A stretch of DNA of 64,000 nucleotides from the NCBI GenBank assembly GCA_963720755.1, contig CAVRGP010000001.1, forward strand, positions 1-64,000, in the 5' to 3' direction. Made by a program: the position numbers and the translations under genes. Each line of letters starts with the position of its first letter. The first letter of the stretch is position 1. This document shows positions 1 to 9,776 of this stretch, piece after piece. This DNA is from an uncultured Chloroflexia bacterium. GTDB taxonomy: Bacteria > Chloroflexota > Limnocylindria > Limnocylindrales > CSP1-4. Under the pieces are notes generated by a model. The model made no database searches. It saw only the letters and a program-made list of their open reading frames with translations, and had not been told where the DNA came from.

Positions 1-58
1 TTCAACGGTGGTGATGGCTGCTTCCCGATACGCGCACCGGTGAAGATTGATAGGCGCC

Positions 59-601
59 TCAGCGGTTGGATCCCGGGGGACCCAACGCCCTCAAGGCTTG
101 GGATGCCCTGGCACGCACACCGCTGTGTGGATCGGCAAATGCCACCTTAAGTGCGTCATGGGCATCCATCGCCACGATCCCGATCTGTCCAAGTACCTCA
201 GCTGCGTCTTCTCGGACCAGCGCATCCTTGTCGCTGAGCGCGGCAGCAAGCCCGGTCACAGATTCCGAGGGGGCCTCGCGCCATAGTCCTCCGAGTGCAG
301 AGGCGGCCGCCTGTCGTACATCGGGATCCGGATCCCCGGACAAGATCGAGAGGATCGACCGCGTGACGTCCGGGGAGCGCTTTGCGATCCTGCCGGTTGC
401 GAATAGGGCCGACCAGCGCGCGTCGAAATCACGATCCACGAACGCCTGGACTACCAGTCGCTCGGTGGTGCGTTCACTGGCGGTCAAGCCAAGTTTAGCG
501 AGCTTCCAAGGCGCCTCGGCTCGGGCGAAGTCGTCCGGGTCGAACAGTCGCTCCTGAGGTCGGAGCGATCGAATTCGGCTCAAGCTGCTCGTCCTGTCCA
601 T
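59..601 (-). CDS. HEAT/PBS-lyase-like repeat protein
   Basis: Repeated HEAT motifs (DPDPDVRQAAASALG, DKDALVREDAAEVLGQIG, DPHSGVRARASQAL); ATG at 601 chosen as start. Confidence 0.75.
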   Translation of the reverse strand: MDRTSSLSRIRSLRPQERLFDPDDFARAEAPWKLAKLGLTASERTTERLVVQAFVDRDFDARWSALFATGRIAKRSPDVTRSILSILSGDPDPDVRQAAASALGGLWREAPSESVTGLAAALSDKDALVREDAAEVLGQIGIVAMDAHDALKVAFADPHSGVRARASQALRALGPPGSNR

Positions 602-1554
602 CGCTCGTCGATCGGCTACCTCCGGCCCGGGGCGACCCGGAGTCCGTCGAGTCAGACCATGCCTTGAGGGTGTCCGCAGCGGCATCGCGAACGTATCGGA
701 TGGGGTCTGTCAGCAGCGTTCGCAAACCATCGGTCGCCTCGGGACTCGTAGCCTCGATGCGACGTAAAGCAATTGAGCTGCTCGCGTACAAAGGGATCAC
801 GATCTGCAAGGAGGGCCACCAACCCGGAGGCAGCACTTGGCGCAGCCGCTGGGCCTGTGCGACCTATTGCTCTCGCTGCCTCCGCTCGCACGTCTCCTTC
901 CGAGTCCTGCAACCCGCGGCAGAGGGCTTCGACCGCCGCGGTTCCCGACAGGCGCAATCGTCCGAAAGCCCAGGCCGCCCGAACCGGGCATCGATCGCTG
1001 GGTCGGTCGCGAGTAACTCGCTCAATTGGGGCGTGGCCATCGCAGCAACCTCGGGGTCGAGTTTGCCGATAGCCCACGCTGCTCGAGCGCGGACCGTCTG
1101 ATCTGGATGACCAAGTAGCTCGATCGCATTTGCTAGGACGAGGGCCTCAGGTGCCCCGATATCGGTCAAGGCATTGACGGCGGCGGCGCGGACACCTGAG
1201 TCAAGGTCAGCCAGCGATATTCTGGCGAGTGTGGGGAGCGCTCGGACGGCGTCCGAGCGCATCGAGGCTAGGGAACGGGCGGCGTTCCGCCTGACCAATG
1301 GGTCGTCTTCGCGCAGCGCTGACTCGAGGCCCTCGACAACCCAGCCTCCAGCCGGAACCGATCCCGATATCACGGCTGAGGCCGGGCAGCGACTCGGAGC
1401 GACCGCGACGTCGGTCGAACTGCGACGGAGCAGCACAGAGTCAATCCGGGAGACGACGACATGTCGTTGGCCGACGAGCCGCTGAGATGCCTGGTCCTCC
1501 TGCAGACCGGTCTCGCCTCGACGGATCCAGGGTGGTCGGGAAGGTCGGAACCAT
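600..1554 (-). CDS. HEAT repeat protein, split by several frameshifts (ends approximate)
   Basis: HEAT motifs continue across ORF fragments 864..1436, 652..1077 and 495..836 (DDPLVRRNAARSL, DSEGDVRAEAARAIG, DPIRYVRDAAADTL). Confidence 0.6.
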
Positions 1555-1564
1555 GTGGCTCACG

Positions 1565-2343
1565 CTATCCGCGCAGATACTGGCGAGCCCATCCCAGGGT
1601 TTGGTCGGAGCCCTCTGACGGGAAGTATTCAGTTCCGATCCAGCCTGAGTATCCCGCAGCATCGATGCTATGGAAGAGGTACGGGAAGCGTATCTCGCCG
1701 GTACCCGGCTCGTGCCGCCCGGGGACATCCGCGATCTGGATGTGACCGATCACATCAAGGTTGGAACAAATCGTCTCGGTGATATTCCCCTCGAGCATCT
1801 GTGCGTGGTACACGTCGTACAGCATTCGCAGACTGCGCCCGGCGACCTGTTCGATCAGGGTCCGAGCATGTGCCGTGTGTCGCACGAAGAAGTGGGGGCC
1901 TTGGTTGCTGATCGGCTCGAGTAACAAGGTTAGCCCTGCACTGGCGCATTCGTTGGCCGCCATCCGAGGTTCTCGACCAGCGTTGCCTCATATCGTGCCG
2001 ACTCCTCCGTCGGATCGGCGATCCCCGCGAGGCAGTTGATCTGCGAGCAGTTCACGGCTTGCGCGTAGCGAATGGCATCATCGATGGATGCCCGGAACTC
2101 ATCTCGTCGCCCAGCGAAGATCGCGATCCCTCGTTCGCCAGCGTCGAAGGCACCGCAATCTGCGTAGATCTGCACTAGTTCGAGGCCGAACTCGTCCAGC
2201 CGGGAGCGCACTTCGGAAGCCGTGGTCGACCCCACCTGAAAGAGCTCCACGGCATCGAACCCGGATCGCCCAGCGGCCTCAAATCGAGATAAGAGGTCAA
2301 GGTCCCTATACATCGTGAATAGGTTCGCGGCGAGCTTGATCAT
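1565..2343 (-). CDS. hyi: Hydroxypyruvate isomerase family (xylose isomerase-like TIM barrel), one frameshift near 1965
   Basis: MIKLAANL...RFEAA...GFDAVE, INCLAG, LLLEPI, MLYDVYHAQM, HIQIADVPGRHEPGTGEI, GWIGTEY. Confidence 0.85.
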
Positions 2344-2413
2344 GTCCCTCCTCGGGAGCGTGCGACAGAGTCGATCTTGTCTTCCCGGACCATTCGAGCC
2401 GGGGGTATTGCTG

Positions 2414-2435
2414 TATACAATATATGAAGTGTATA
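2414..2435. promoter_or_regulatory. Inverted repeat / operator in the divergent hyi-ABC promoter
   Basis: TATACA-ATATATGAAG-TGTATA; shares the ATATATG core with four other sites. Confidence 0.55.
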
Positions 2436-2511
2436 GTGCGTCGAGCCCTATCGTGGCCCGTGGCGCTTGATGTTCCCCAACATCAGGCGGTAGCACCTAA
2501 GAGGAGGCGAC

Positions 2512-3867
2512 GTGGTCCAGAATCGCGTCAGGCGGTTGGCCTTGCTGGTTGCGGCGGCTCTGGTCGCCACCGCCTGCGGCTCGTCAGCTGCTTCGACCAA
2601 CCCATCGGCGACGAATGGCACGCAGCCATCGACCGGGTCGGCGACCAGCGCCGCTCCGACCGTGGACGCACGGAGGGTCGACCTAACCTTCATGAACTGG
2701 TACTACGGACCAGGCGATGAAGAGAGCTACAACGCGATCATCGAGAACTTCAAAGCCAAGGATCCCCGCCTGGCTAACGTGACCATCGAGGTCCAGCCGT
2801 ACGAGCGATACAACGACGTCCTCAACGTCAAGATGTCCGGGGACCATCCGCCCGACATCGCGTGGCTCGACCTATCCGTTGGACGGCGATACGTCGAATC
2901 GGGTCGATTGAAGGATCTGCGACCGACCCTCGAGAGCATCGACGGGTGGGATATCGCGGACTGGACGCCGGCATCACTGGCTGGCTGGAGTGAAGGGAAC
3001 GCGATCTATGCGTTGCCGTTCACCAATGCCACCAATGTTGTCTTCTACAACAAGGAGGCCTTCGCCAAGGCCGGGATCCCGACGCCCGACGATATGGTCG
3101 CCGCGGGGACCTGGACGTGGGACAACCTCAAGAGCACGGCCAAGGCCCTTCAAGACAGCGGCACCGTGCGCTATGGCTTTGACCTCCAGAATGGCATCTT
3201 CGTCTCAGGCTACGGATGGGCCAATCTCATCGAGATCTGGAACGCGTATGGCGGCGGGCCATGGACGGCCGACGGTAAGACCTGCACGTTCGACTCGCCC
3301 GAGACGGTCCAGGCCACCCAGTTGATCCACGACATGATCTACGTCGACAAGAGTCACCCGGGTCCGGGTGTGGATGTCAGCTTCGCGACTGGCGACATCG
3401 GTATGGCGCTGACCCGCCCAGACACTGATCTCTCGAGCGCCCAATTCGATTGGGGTGTGGTGAGCCAGCCTGATGGTCCGAAGGGTTACGTTCCATCCGT
3501 CGCTCAGAACGGTCTAGCGGTCTTCGATGGCCCGAACGCTGACATCGCCGCTCTGCTCGTCGCCGACATGCTCAGCAAGGAGAACATGCAGCAGTATCCG
3601 GTCTTCCCGCCGGGCAACCGCACCTCGCTCCAGACCCCCGAGCTGCTGCTCCAGTCGATCCCCGCATTCACCGCCGAACAAGTCACCGGCACCGTGATCA
3701 AGGCGTTTAGCTCGCCGAATCAGGTCCTCGAATACAACCATCCCAACTTCGGTCCGATCTCTACCACTGCATCGCGCCTATTCGACAGCGACATCTGGAA
3801 GGCCGATGCCGACGTGCCGGCAGCACTTCACAACGTTTGCGAGAACGTCAAGGATCTACTCCAATAA
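2512..3867 (+). CDS. Carbohydrate ABC transporter substrate-binding lipoprotein (copy 1)
   Basis: Lipobox VATAC, SBP_bac_1-like motifs (PDIAW, YALP, VFYNKEAF..AG), SD GAGGAGG. Confidence 0.9.
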   Translation: MVQNRVRRLALLVAAALVATACGSSAASTNPSATNGTQPSTGSATSAAPTVDARRVDLTFMNWYYGPGDEESYNAIIENFKAKDPRLANVTIEVQPYERYNDVLNVKMSGDHPPDIAWLDLSVGRRYVESGRLKDLRPTLESIDGWDIADWTPASLAGWSEGNAIYALPFTNATNVVFYNKEAFAKAGIPTPDDMVAAGTWTWDNLKSTAKALQDSGTVRYGFDLQNGIFVSGYGWANLIEIWNAYGGGPWTADGKTCTFDSPETVQATQLIHDMIYVDKSHPGPGVDVSFATGDIGMALTRPDTDLSSAQFDWGVVSQPDGPKGYVPSVAQNGLAVFDGPNADIAALLVADMLSKENMQQYPVFPPGNRTSLQTPELLLQSIPAFTAEQVTGTVIKAFSSPNQVLEYNHPNFGPISTTASRLFDSDIWKADADVPAALHNVCENVKDLLQ

Positions 3868-3903
3868 GCCATCGACGCTGAACCATCGCGGAGGAGCAGA
3901 CCG

Positions 3904-5256
3904 ATGACTCGCGCCATGATTCGCCTGTGTGCTGCCCTGGCCTCGATCGCGTTGATCACCGCGGCCTGCGCCTCATCAGCCACGCCAACGCCCGCCGAGA
4001 CGACCGCCCCGACCGTTCGGCCTTCGACGGGGTCAGCGGCCAGCGCCGCTCCGACCGTGGACGCACGCAGGGTCGACCTGACCTTCATGAACTGGTACTG
4101 GGGCCCTGGGGATGAAGAGAGCTACAACGCGATCATTGAGAACTACAAGGCCAAGGATCCCCGCCTGGCCAACGTGACCATCGAGGTCCAGCCGTTCGAG
4201 CGCTATCACGACGTCCTCAACGTCAAGATGGCCGGGGACCATCCGCCCGACATCGCGTGGATCAATGCCCAGCGAGCACGGGACTACGTCGAATCGGGTC
4301 GATTGAAGGATCTGCGACCGACCCTCGAGAGCATCGACGGGTGGGATATCGCGGACTGGACGCCGGCATCGCTGGCTGCGTGGAGTGAAGGCGACGCGAT
4401 CTATGCGTTGCCGTTCACCAATGCCACCAACAGCGTCTTCTACAACAAGGAGGCCTTCGCCAAGGCCGGGATCCCGACGCCCGACGATATGGTCGCCGCG
4501 GGGACCTGGACGTGGGACAACCTCAAGAGCACGGCCAAGGCCCTTCAAGACAGCGGCACCGTGCGCTATGGCTTCTACTTCAACAACGAGATTTTTGTGG
4601 ACGGCTGGCGCAATCTCATCGAGATCTGGAACGCCTATGGCGGCGGGCCATGGACGGCCGACGGTAAGACCTGCACGTTCGACTCGCCCGAGACGGTCCA
4701 GGCCACCCAGTTGATCCACGACATGATCTACGTAGACAAGAGTTCGCCGGGTCCGGGTGTGGATGTTCTCTTCTTGACCGGCGACATCGGGATGAGCCTC
4801 GCGCGCCCGGACGAATGGGATCCGACGGGTCAAGTCGACTGGGGCGTGGTGAGCCAGCCTGATGGTCCGAAGGGCTACGTTCCGTCCGTCGCTCAGAACG
4901 GTCTAGCGGTCTTCGACGGCCCGAACGCCGACATCGCCGCTCTGCTCGTCGCCGACATGCTCAGCAAGGAGAACATGCAGCAGTATCCGGTCTTCCCGCC
5001 CGGCAACCGCGTCTCGCTCCAGACCCCCGAGCTGCTGCTCCAGTCGATCCCCGCATTCACCGCCGAACAAGTCACCGGCACCGTGATCAAGGCGTTTAGC
5101 TCGCCGAATCAGGTCCTCGAATACAACCACACCAACTTCGGTCCGATCTCCACGACCGCCCAGAAGATCTTTGACGGTGAGATGTGGAAGCCCGATGCCG
5201 ACGTACCGACGGTGCTCCACAACGTCTGCGAGAACATCAAAGACCTGCTGGGGTGA
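3904..5256 (+). CDS. Carbohydrate ABC transporter substrate-binding lipoprotein (copy 2, close paralogue)
   Basis: Lipobox ITAAC; long stretches nearly identical to 2512..3867 at DNA level. Confidence 0.9.
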   Translation: MTRAMIRLCAALASIALITAACASSATPTPAETTAPTVRPSTGSAASAAPTVDARRVDLTFMNWYWGPGDEESYNAIIENYKAKDPRLANVTIEVQPFERYHDVLNVKMAGDHPPDIAWINAQRARDYVESGRLKDLRPTLESIDGWDIADWTPASLAAWSEGDAIYALPFTNATNSVFYNKEAFAKAGIPTPDDMVAAGTWTWDNLKSTAKALQDSGTVRYGFYFNNEIFVDGWRNLIEIWNAYGGGPWTADGKTCTFDSPETVQATQLIHDMIYVDKSSPGPGVDVLFLTGDIGMSLARPDEWDPTGQVDWGVVSQPDGPKGYVPSVAQNGLAVFDGPNADIAALLVADMLSKENMQQYPVFPPGNRVSLQTPELLLQSIPAFTAEQVTGTVIKAFSSPNQVLEYNHTNFGPISTTAQKIFDGEMWKPDADVPTVLHNVCENIKDLLG

Positions 5257-6188
5257 CACCTGGGGTCAGGGCCGACGTGCCGCCACCTCCTCCGCGAGCA
5301 CGTCGGCGTCTGACCTATTGGCAGCGAGATGCCCTTGAAGGGGTTGCCTTTGTCTCCCCGCAGTTGGCCGGGTTCCTGCTCTTCGTGGTTGGCCCGGTTA
5401 TCGCGATCGGATGGTTCTCGCTCCACGATTGGAACATCATCTATGACACCTTCGATTTCGTTGGGACCGCGAACTTTGAGGCCATGCTTCGGGACCAGTC
5501 CCTGCCCACCGTCGTGGGGGCATCCATAGTCTTTGCAGCTGGCTACGTCCCTATAAGTGTGTGTCTGGGTCTTCTGGCAGCACTCGCCGTCAGCAAAGCG
5601 GCGCACGCTGCGGGGGCGATGAGGACGTTGTACTTCGTCCCTGTCGTCGTTAGTGCGGTTGCCTGGGCTCTGGTCTGGCGCTTCATGCTGCAGGACGAGG
5701 GGGCCGTCAACGGTTTTCTGAGCGCGTTTGGGATCAAGGGCCCGAATTGGCTCCGGGATCCAGGTTGGGCCATCGGCATGGTCGTCTTCGTGCAGGTGCT
5801 CAAGGACATCGGCTTCAGCATGGTGATCTTCCTGGCGGCACTTCAGGGCGTCCCGCCCGAATACGAAGAAGCAGCGCGCATCGATGGGGCGGACGGCCGC
5901 CGCGTCATCTGGCATGTGACGCTGCCTCTGCTGACGCCATTCATCTTCCTGGTGATCGTGCTGTCCATCATCAGCTCGATCAAGTCGTTCGCCCTGATCT
6001 TCCTTCTCACCCGCGGCGGCCCAGGGTACGACACGACGACCATCCCGTTTTACATCTACCAGAAGGCGTTCCAGGAGTTCGACATGGGCTACGCGAGCGC
6101 CTTGGCGGTCGTCCTATTCGTCGTGGTGATGATCTTGACTGCGGGACAGTTCGCGGTTCGAAAGCGGTGGGTCTTCTATGAAGAATGA
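5253..6188 (+). CDS. Carbohydrate ABC permease (MalF/UgpA-like)
   Basis: TM helices, EAA motif EEAARIDGA; GTG overlaps the upstream stop. Confidence 0.9.
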   Translation: MTPGVRADVPPPPPRARRRLTYWQRDALEGVAFVSPQLAGFLLFVVGPVIAIGWFSLHDWNIIYDTFDFVGTANFEAMLRDQSLPTVVGASIVFAAGYVPISVCLGLLAALAVSKAAHAAGAMRTLYFVPVVVSAVAWALVWRFMLQDEGAVNGFLSAFGIKGPNWLRDPGWAIGMVVFVQVLKDIGFSMVIFLAALQGVPPEYEEAARIDGADGRRVIWHVTLPLLTPFIFLVIVLSIISSIKSFALIFLLTRGGPGYDTTTIPFYIYQKAFQEFDMGYASALAVVLFVVVMILTAGQFAVRKRWVFYEE

Positions 6189-7047
6189 GGCGGCTAGGAC
6201 CAGTTCGCGGAGTCGAAGGAACTGGCCGGCCATCGTGCTAACGATCGTCCTCATCATCGGCGCCGTTCCACTGCTGTTTCCGTTGTGGTGGCTCGTCACG
6301 TCGTCATTCAAGGGTCTCAACGAGATCTTCGCCTACCCACCACATCTGTTTCCAGACGGGCTTCACTGGGAGAACTACGCCAAAGTCTTCGACTTGCAGC
6401 CGTTTGCTCGACAGTTCCTGAATAGCGTGTATATCGCTGCGTTGGATGTCGGAGGGACGCTGATCTTCTCGTCGCTCGCAGGCTATGCGTTCGCACGCAT
6501 TCGCTTTCCGGGCCGAGATGTCCTCTTCGTGCTAATGCTCAGCGCACTTCTCGTTCCCCTTGAGGTCTTGATCATTCCGCTTTACGCCCTGATGCGGGAT
6601 CTGGGTTGGCTGGGGACGCACCTTCCGCTGATCGTCCTTCCCGTCTTTGGGGTTGATGCGATCGTGGGCACGTTCTTGATGCGCCAATACTTCCTATCGC
6701 TGCCGGTCGAGCTGGAAGATGCCGGGAGGATCGATGGTCTGGGCAGGTTCGGGATCTTCCGACACATCGCGATGCCCTTGGCCAGACCTGCCCTGGCGAC
6801 CGTGGCAATCCTGACGTTCCTTACGAGTTGGAATGCCTTCTTGGAGCCTCTGGTCTTCGTCTCCGGTGTGCCAGACCTTCTGACCGTCCCAGTCGCGATA
6901 CCGCTGTACGCGGATGCGTACGGTTTCCCGCTGTGGGAGGTCCAGATGGCGGCGTCGACGCTGAGCGTGGTGCCCATCCTTATCGTCTTTGTCATCGCCC
7001 AGCGCTACATCATTCAGGGCTTTGCGAGAGTCGGAATCCACGGTTAG
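6178..7047 (+). CDS. Carbohydrate ABC permease (MalG/UgpE-like)
   Basis: LEDAGRIDG EAA motif, LAGYAFARIRFPG. Confidence 0.9.
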   Translation: MKNEAARTSSRSRRNWPAIVLTIVLIIGAVPLLFPLWWLVTSSFKGLNEIFAYPPHLFPDGLHWENYAKVFDLQPFARQFLNSVYIAALDVGGTLIFSSLAGYAFARIRFPGRDVLFVLMLSALLVPLEVLIIPLYALMRDLGWLGTHLPLIVLPVFGVDAIVGTFLMRQYFLSLPVELEDAGRIDGLGRFGIFRHIAMPLARPALATVAILTFLTSWNAFLEPLVFVSGVPDLLTVPVAIPLYADAYGFPLWEVQMAASTLSVVPILIVFVIAQRYIIQGFARVGIHG

Positions 7048-7117
7048 TGAAGGTCCGTACCCGATTGCGTGACGCTTAAGAACTTGGGGCGCCTCGTGGC
7101 CCCACTGCAGGAGAAGC

Positions 7118-7820
7118 TTGGTGCCCGATCTCGAGTTGTGGGGGGTCCTACTCAAATGCGCGACCCCCGGCGCGTTACCAGCGCCGACCGATGAGCAGCT
7201 GAGAACGATCCTTGTTCGGTTGCCAGGCCCGTCAACGGACAAGTTGCTGACAGGAGGAGGCAGCGACTTCACGGCGTGGTTTTGGGTGTCTGCCACGGAC
7301 GCAAGTGCGGCAACTCAGCTTGGCGCCGAGATCCTTCGCTCAGCGGCCTCCGATGCTGGAATGCCCCCGATTTCGAGTTGTCCGATCGCACTCCGCGTCC
7401 GTCAATGGTCGAGTGTCACCGTTCCCAGGGGCTCGAGAACGCAGGGATCGCGCGGACGTATGGAGCGTGCTGTATCGCGCCAGCGCCCCGCCCGGAAAGC
7501 AGCCGATCGACGATTCCGTGCTCCACAGGTTCCGCGATGAATTGGGAGAGTCCGACTCGCTGATCACATTCCATGGCGACAAGGAGAAGTTCTTGGTCAG
7601 CGATAGGACCGCATTCACGGCACGGTTTTGGGCGATTGGCGTCGATCCATGGACCGCGTTGCGAGACGGCAGGAGCCGCGTCGTTCGCGCGCTTGAAGTA
7701 TCCGGACTCGCCGAGTGGTCGATCGTCCGAGCCCAAGTGGTGACGCCGGCGGCGCGCGACGGCGATACATTCCCCGGGGCATACGATCGAGAGCTTTCAC
7801 CAACCGAAGAGACGCGATGA
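7118..7820 (+). CDS. Hypothetical protein with two copies of an unrecognised ~110-aa domain (frameshift in C-run near 7365)
   Basis: Removing one C from ATGCCCCCGATTT joins ORF 7118..7540 to 7305..7820; internal repeat visible. Confidence 0.6.
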
Positions 7821-8533
7821 GTGAATGGAGCGTGCTGGTCACCGCGGCGCAGCGGCCCGGCTCACCACCGATCTCGACCGAGCAGAGGACGGCCCTGTTG
7901 ACTGCCTTGCCGGGCGAGGACAAATGGATCCAATATCCGCCAGCAAGTGGCCGCGGTCATGGCTTCGAAACTCGGTTTTGGTGGGACGCGGACGATGGGG
8001 CCGACGCCGCTACCGCGGGGGCCGACGCATTGGAGCGATACGTCTCCGCCGTCGCTGAAATCGGGACGATCGAGATCGATCCCACATTCATTCATGTCAC
8101 CACGGCAGGCGAGCGCTTGACTGAAGGTCCAATCGGACTCGAGCGTCGCGTGGCCCTCGCAGATCCGAGGACGTGGCACATCATGCTTCGGTCGATCTCA
8201 ACGCCGGATTCTGCCGAGCGGGTCTTTCATGAAGGCAATCTTGACGACCTCCTCCGGCGCCTCGGTACCGACAGCAGTGGGCACGCCCGCGAGGGCATGG
8301 TCGAAGTCAGGTTCTGGGTCGAGGCAGAGGACGCGGTCGAAGCATCAGCCATCGGGTCCGAGCTGTTCAAGGGTGCCATGGTTGCCCTCGGGCGCCCGGA
8401 TTGGCACGTGGTACGAGATCACGTTACGTCCGTCGCGGAGGCCGCAAGGGTCGCCTATCTTGGCGTTGAGCGCCGAGTCCTCGAGGCCGATCCTCTGACA
8501 TTGCCGGTTCGACTGAACCCGGTTTCTCGATGA
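7817..8533 (+). CDS. Hypothetical protein with two more copies of the same domain
   Basis: ATGA overlaps at both ends; W-x-V/I...RFW...D..A...G...H-V-T pattern twice. Confidence 0.7.
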   Translation: MSEWSVLVTAAQRPGSPPISTEQRTALLTALPGEDKWIQYPPASGRGHGFETRFWWDADDGADAATAGADALERYVSAVAEIGTIEIDPTFIHVTTAGERLTEGPIGLERRVALADPRTWHIMLRSISTPDSAERVFHEGNLDDLLRRLGTDSSGHAREGMVEVRFWVEAEDAVEASAIGSELFKGAMVALGRPDWHVVRDHVTSVAEAARVAYLGVERRVLEADPLTLPVRLNPVSR

Positions 8534-9417
8534 GCTCGCAGGAAGCTGGCCGCGGCATCTATGTTGTCGAGACCAGCACGGCGGACGGAAAGATCGGGGT
8601 GATCGCCGGTCACGATTCCGCATTGGCGGTTGACGCGGGCATCAACCGGAGTGAGGGGCTGATGCTTTCCCAGGCGATCGCGGACGCGGGCTTCAGGCCG
8701 GACCGGATGGTGTACACACATGGCCACGTAGACCATGTGTTGGGGAGTCTCGCCTTCGCTGGAGCAGAGATCATCGGAACCACAGCCATCGACGAACATA
8801 TGCGCTCTCAAGTCCACGACTTTGCTGCCCGAGTGTCGATGACAAGACCCATGCTGGCCGCGCAACTAGGATTTCCGACCCGATTCGTCAGCAACGATCG
8901 CATCACCGAGATCAACGTTGGTGGTCGACGGGTGCATCTGATGCCGACCCCGGGCCACGCGCCAGGTGCGCTCTCCGTATACATTCCGGACTCGCAGGTG
9001 CTATTCGGCGGTGACACCATCGTCACTGGGATCCCACCGACGTTCAAGGATGGAGACAGCCTCATCCTTGAGTCGACCCTGCGACGCCTGGCAGCGATGC
9101 CGATCGCGGTCTTGATCCCGGGTCATGGACCGATCGTGCATGGCGCGTCGGCCGTCCGTGGAGCGATCCTGTGGGCGGCAGATTACATCGCGCGTTGCCG
9201 CGACCTCGTCTTGTCCGAGCCAGAGGCGGACCTGTCGGCCCTGATGCTGCACGCCCCCTACGCGACGTTTATCGGTGACCGCTTGCCGCCAGATCGCTTT
9301 GACATGCCTTGGCGGCACGAACAGACCATCGCGAGCCTGGTCGCAGAACGCGAGCGCGGCGCGTATCCGGGCGATCTTTCCGTCAACGGAGGGAACGCGT
9401 CATGTCGCTCGTCGTAA
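8530..9417 (+). CDS. MBL-fold metallo-hydrolase (cyclase/glyoxalase II-like)
   Basis: THGHVDHVLG, TPGHAPG, LFGGD, IPGHG. Confidence 0.85.
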   Translation: MSSQEAGRGIYVVETSTADGKIGVIAGHDSALAVDAGINRSEGLMLSQAIADAGFRPDRMVYTHGHVDHVLGSLAFAGAEIIGTTAIDEHMRSQVHDFAARVSMTRPMLAAQLGFPTRFVSNDRITEINVGGRRVHLMPTPGHAPGALSVYIPDSQVLFGGDTIVTGIPPTFKDGDSLILESTLRRLAAMPIAVLIPGHGPIVHGASAVRGAILWAADYIARCRDLVLSEPEADLSALMLHAPYATFIGDRLPPDRFDMPWRHEQTIASLVAERERGAYPGDLSVNGGNASCRSS

Positions 9418-9776
9418 GTCGTGCATCTGTTGAGGAGGAAGAGCACCCGCTCGTGTCGGTCTTCAGACACTTTCGCCGAGACTCACCGGCGAACGTGGGT
9501 GTCGGCGTGGCGATCTGGAAACGACCGCCTCCCGGTTTCGACCCGGAGCAGGCTTCGGAGGCACACGATGTACCGGAAATCCACTATGTGATCAGCGGAG
9601 CCGGCGTCCTCTTCGAGGAGGGTCGCGAGATCCCGATCGGGGAAGGCGATGCCATCCTCACGCCGCCGCGACGCCGGCACGTGATGTGGTCGACTGCGGA
9701 GGCACCACTGACCACGGTATACGTGGCCGTCGGCCTCATGGCATTCGAACTAGGCAGCTCGAAATCGAATCGGTAG
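9402..9776 (+). CDS. Cupin domain protein
   Basis: H..PEIHYVISGAG...GDAILTP...H. Confidence 0.75.
   Translation: MSLVVSRASVEEEEHPLVSVFRHFRRDSPANVGVGVAIWKRPPPGFDPEQASEAHDVPEIHYVISGAGVLFEEGREIPIGEGDAILTPPRRRHVMWSTAEAPLTTVYVAVGLMAFELGSSKSNR

Noticed and set aside
2512-5256. Diversity-generating retroelement template/variable repeat pair
   Set aside because: Both copies are full ORFs, differences are not adenine-specific, and there is no reverse transcriptase in the window
5253-7047. Sugar ABC system lacking an ATPase as a defect
   Set aside because: Carbohydrate ABC importers commonly share an MsmX/MsiK-type ATPase encoded elsewhere
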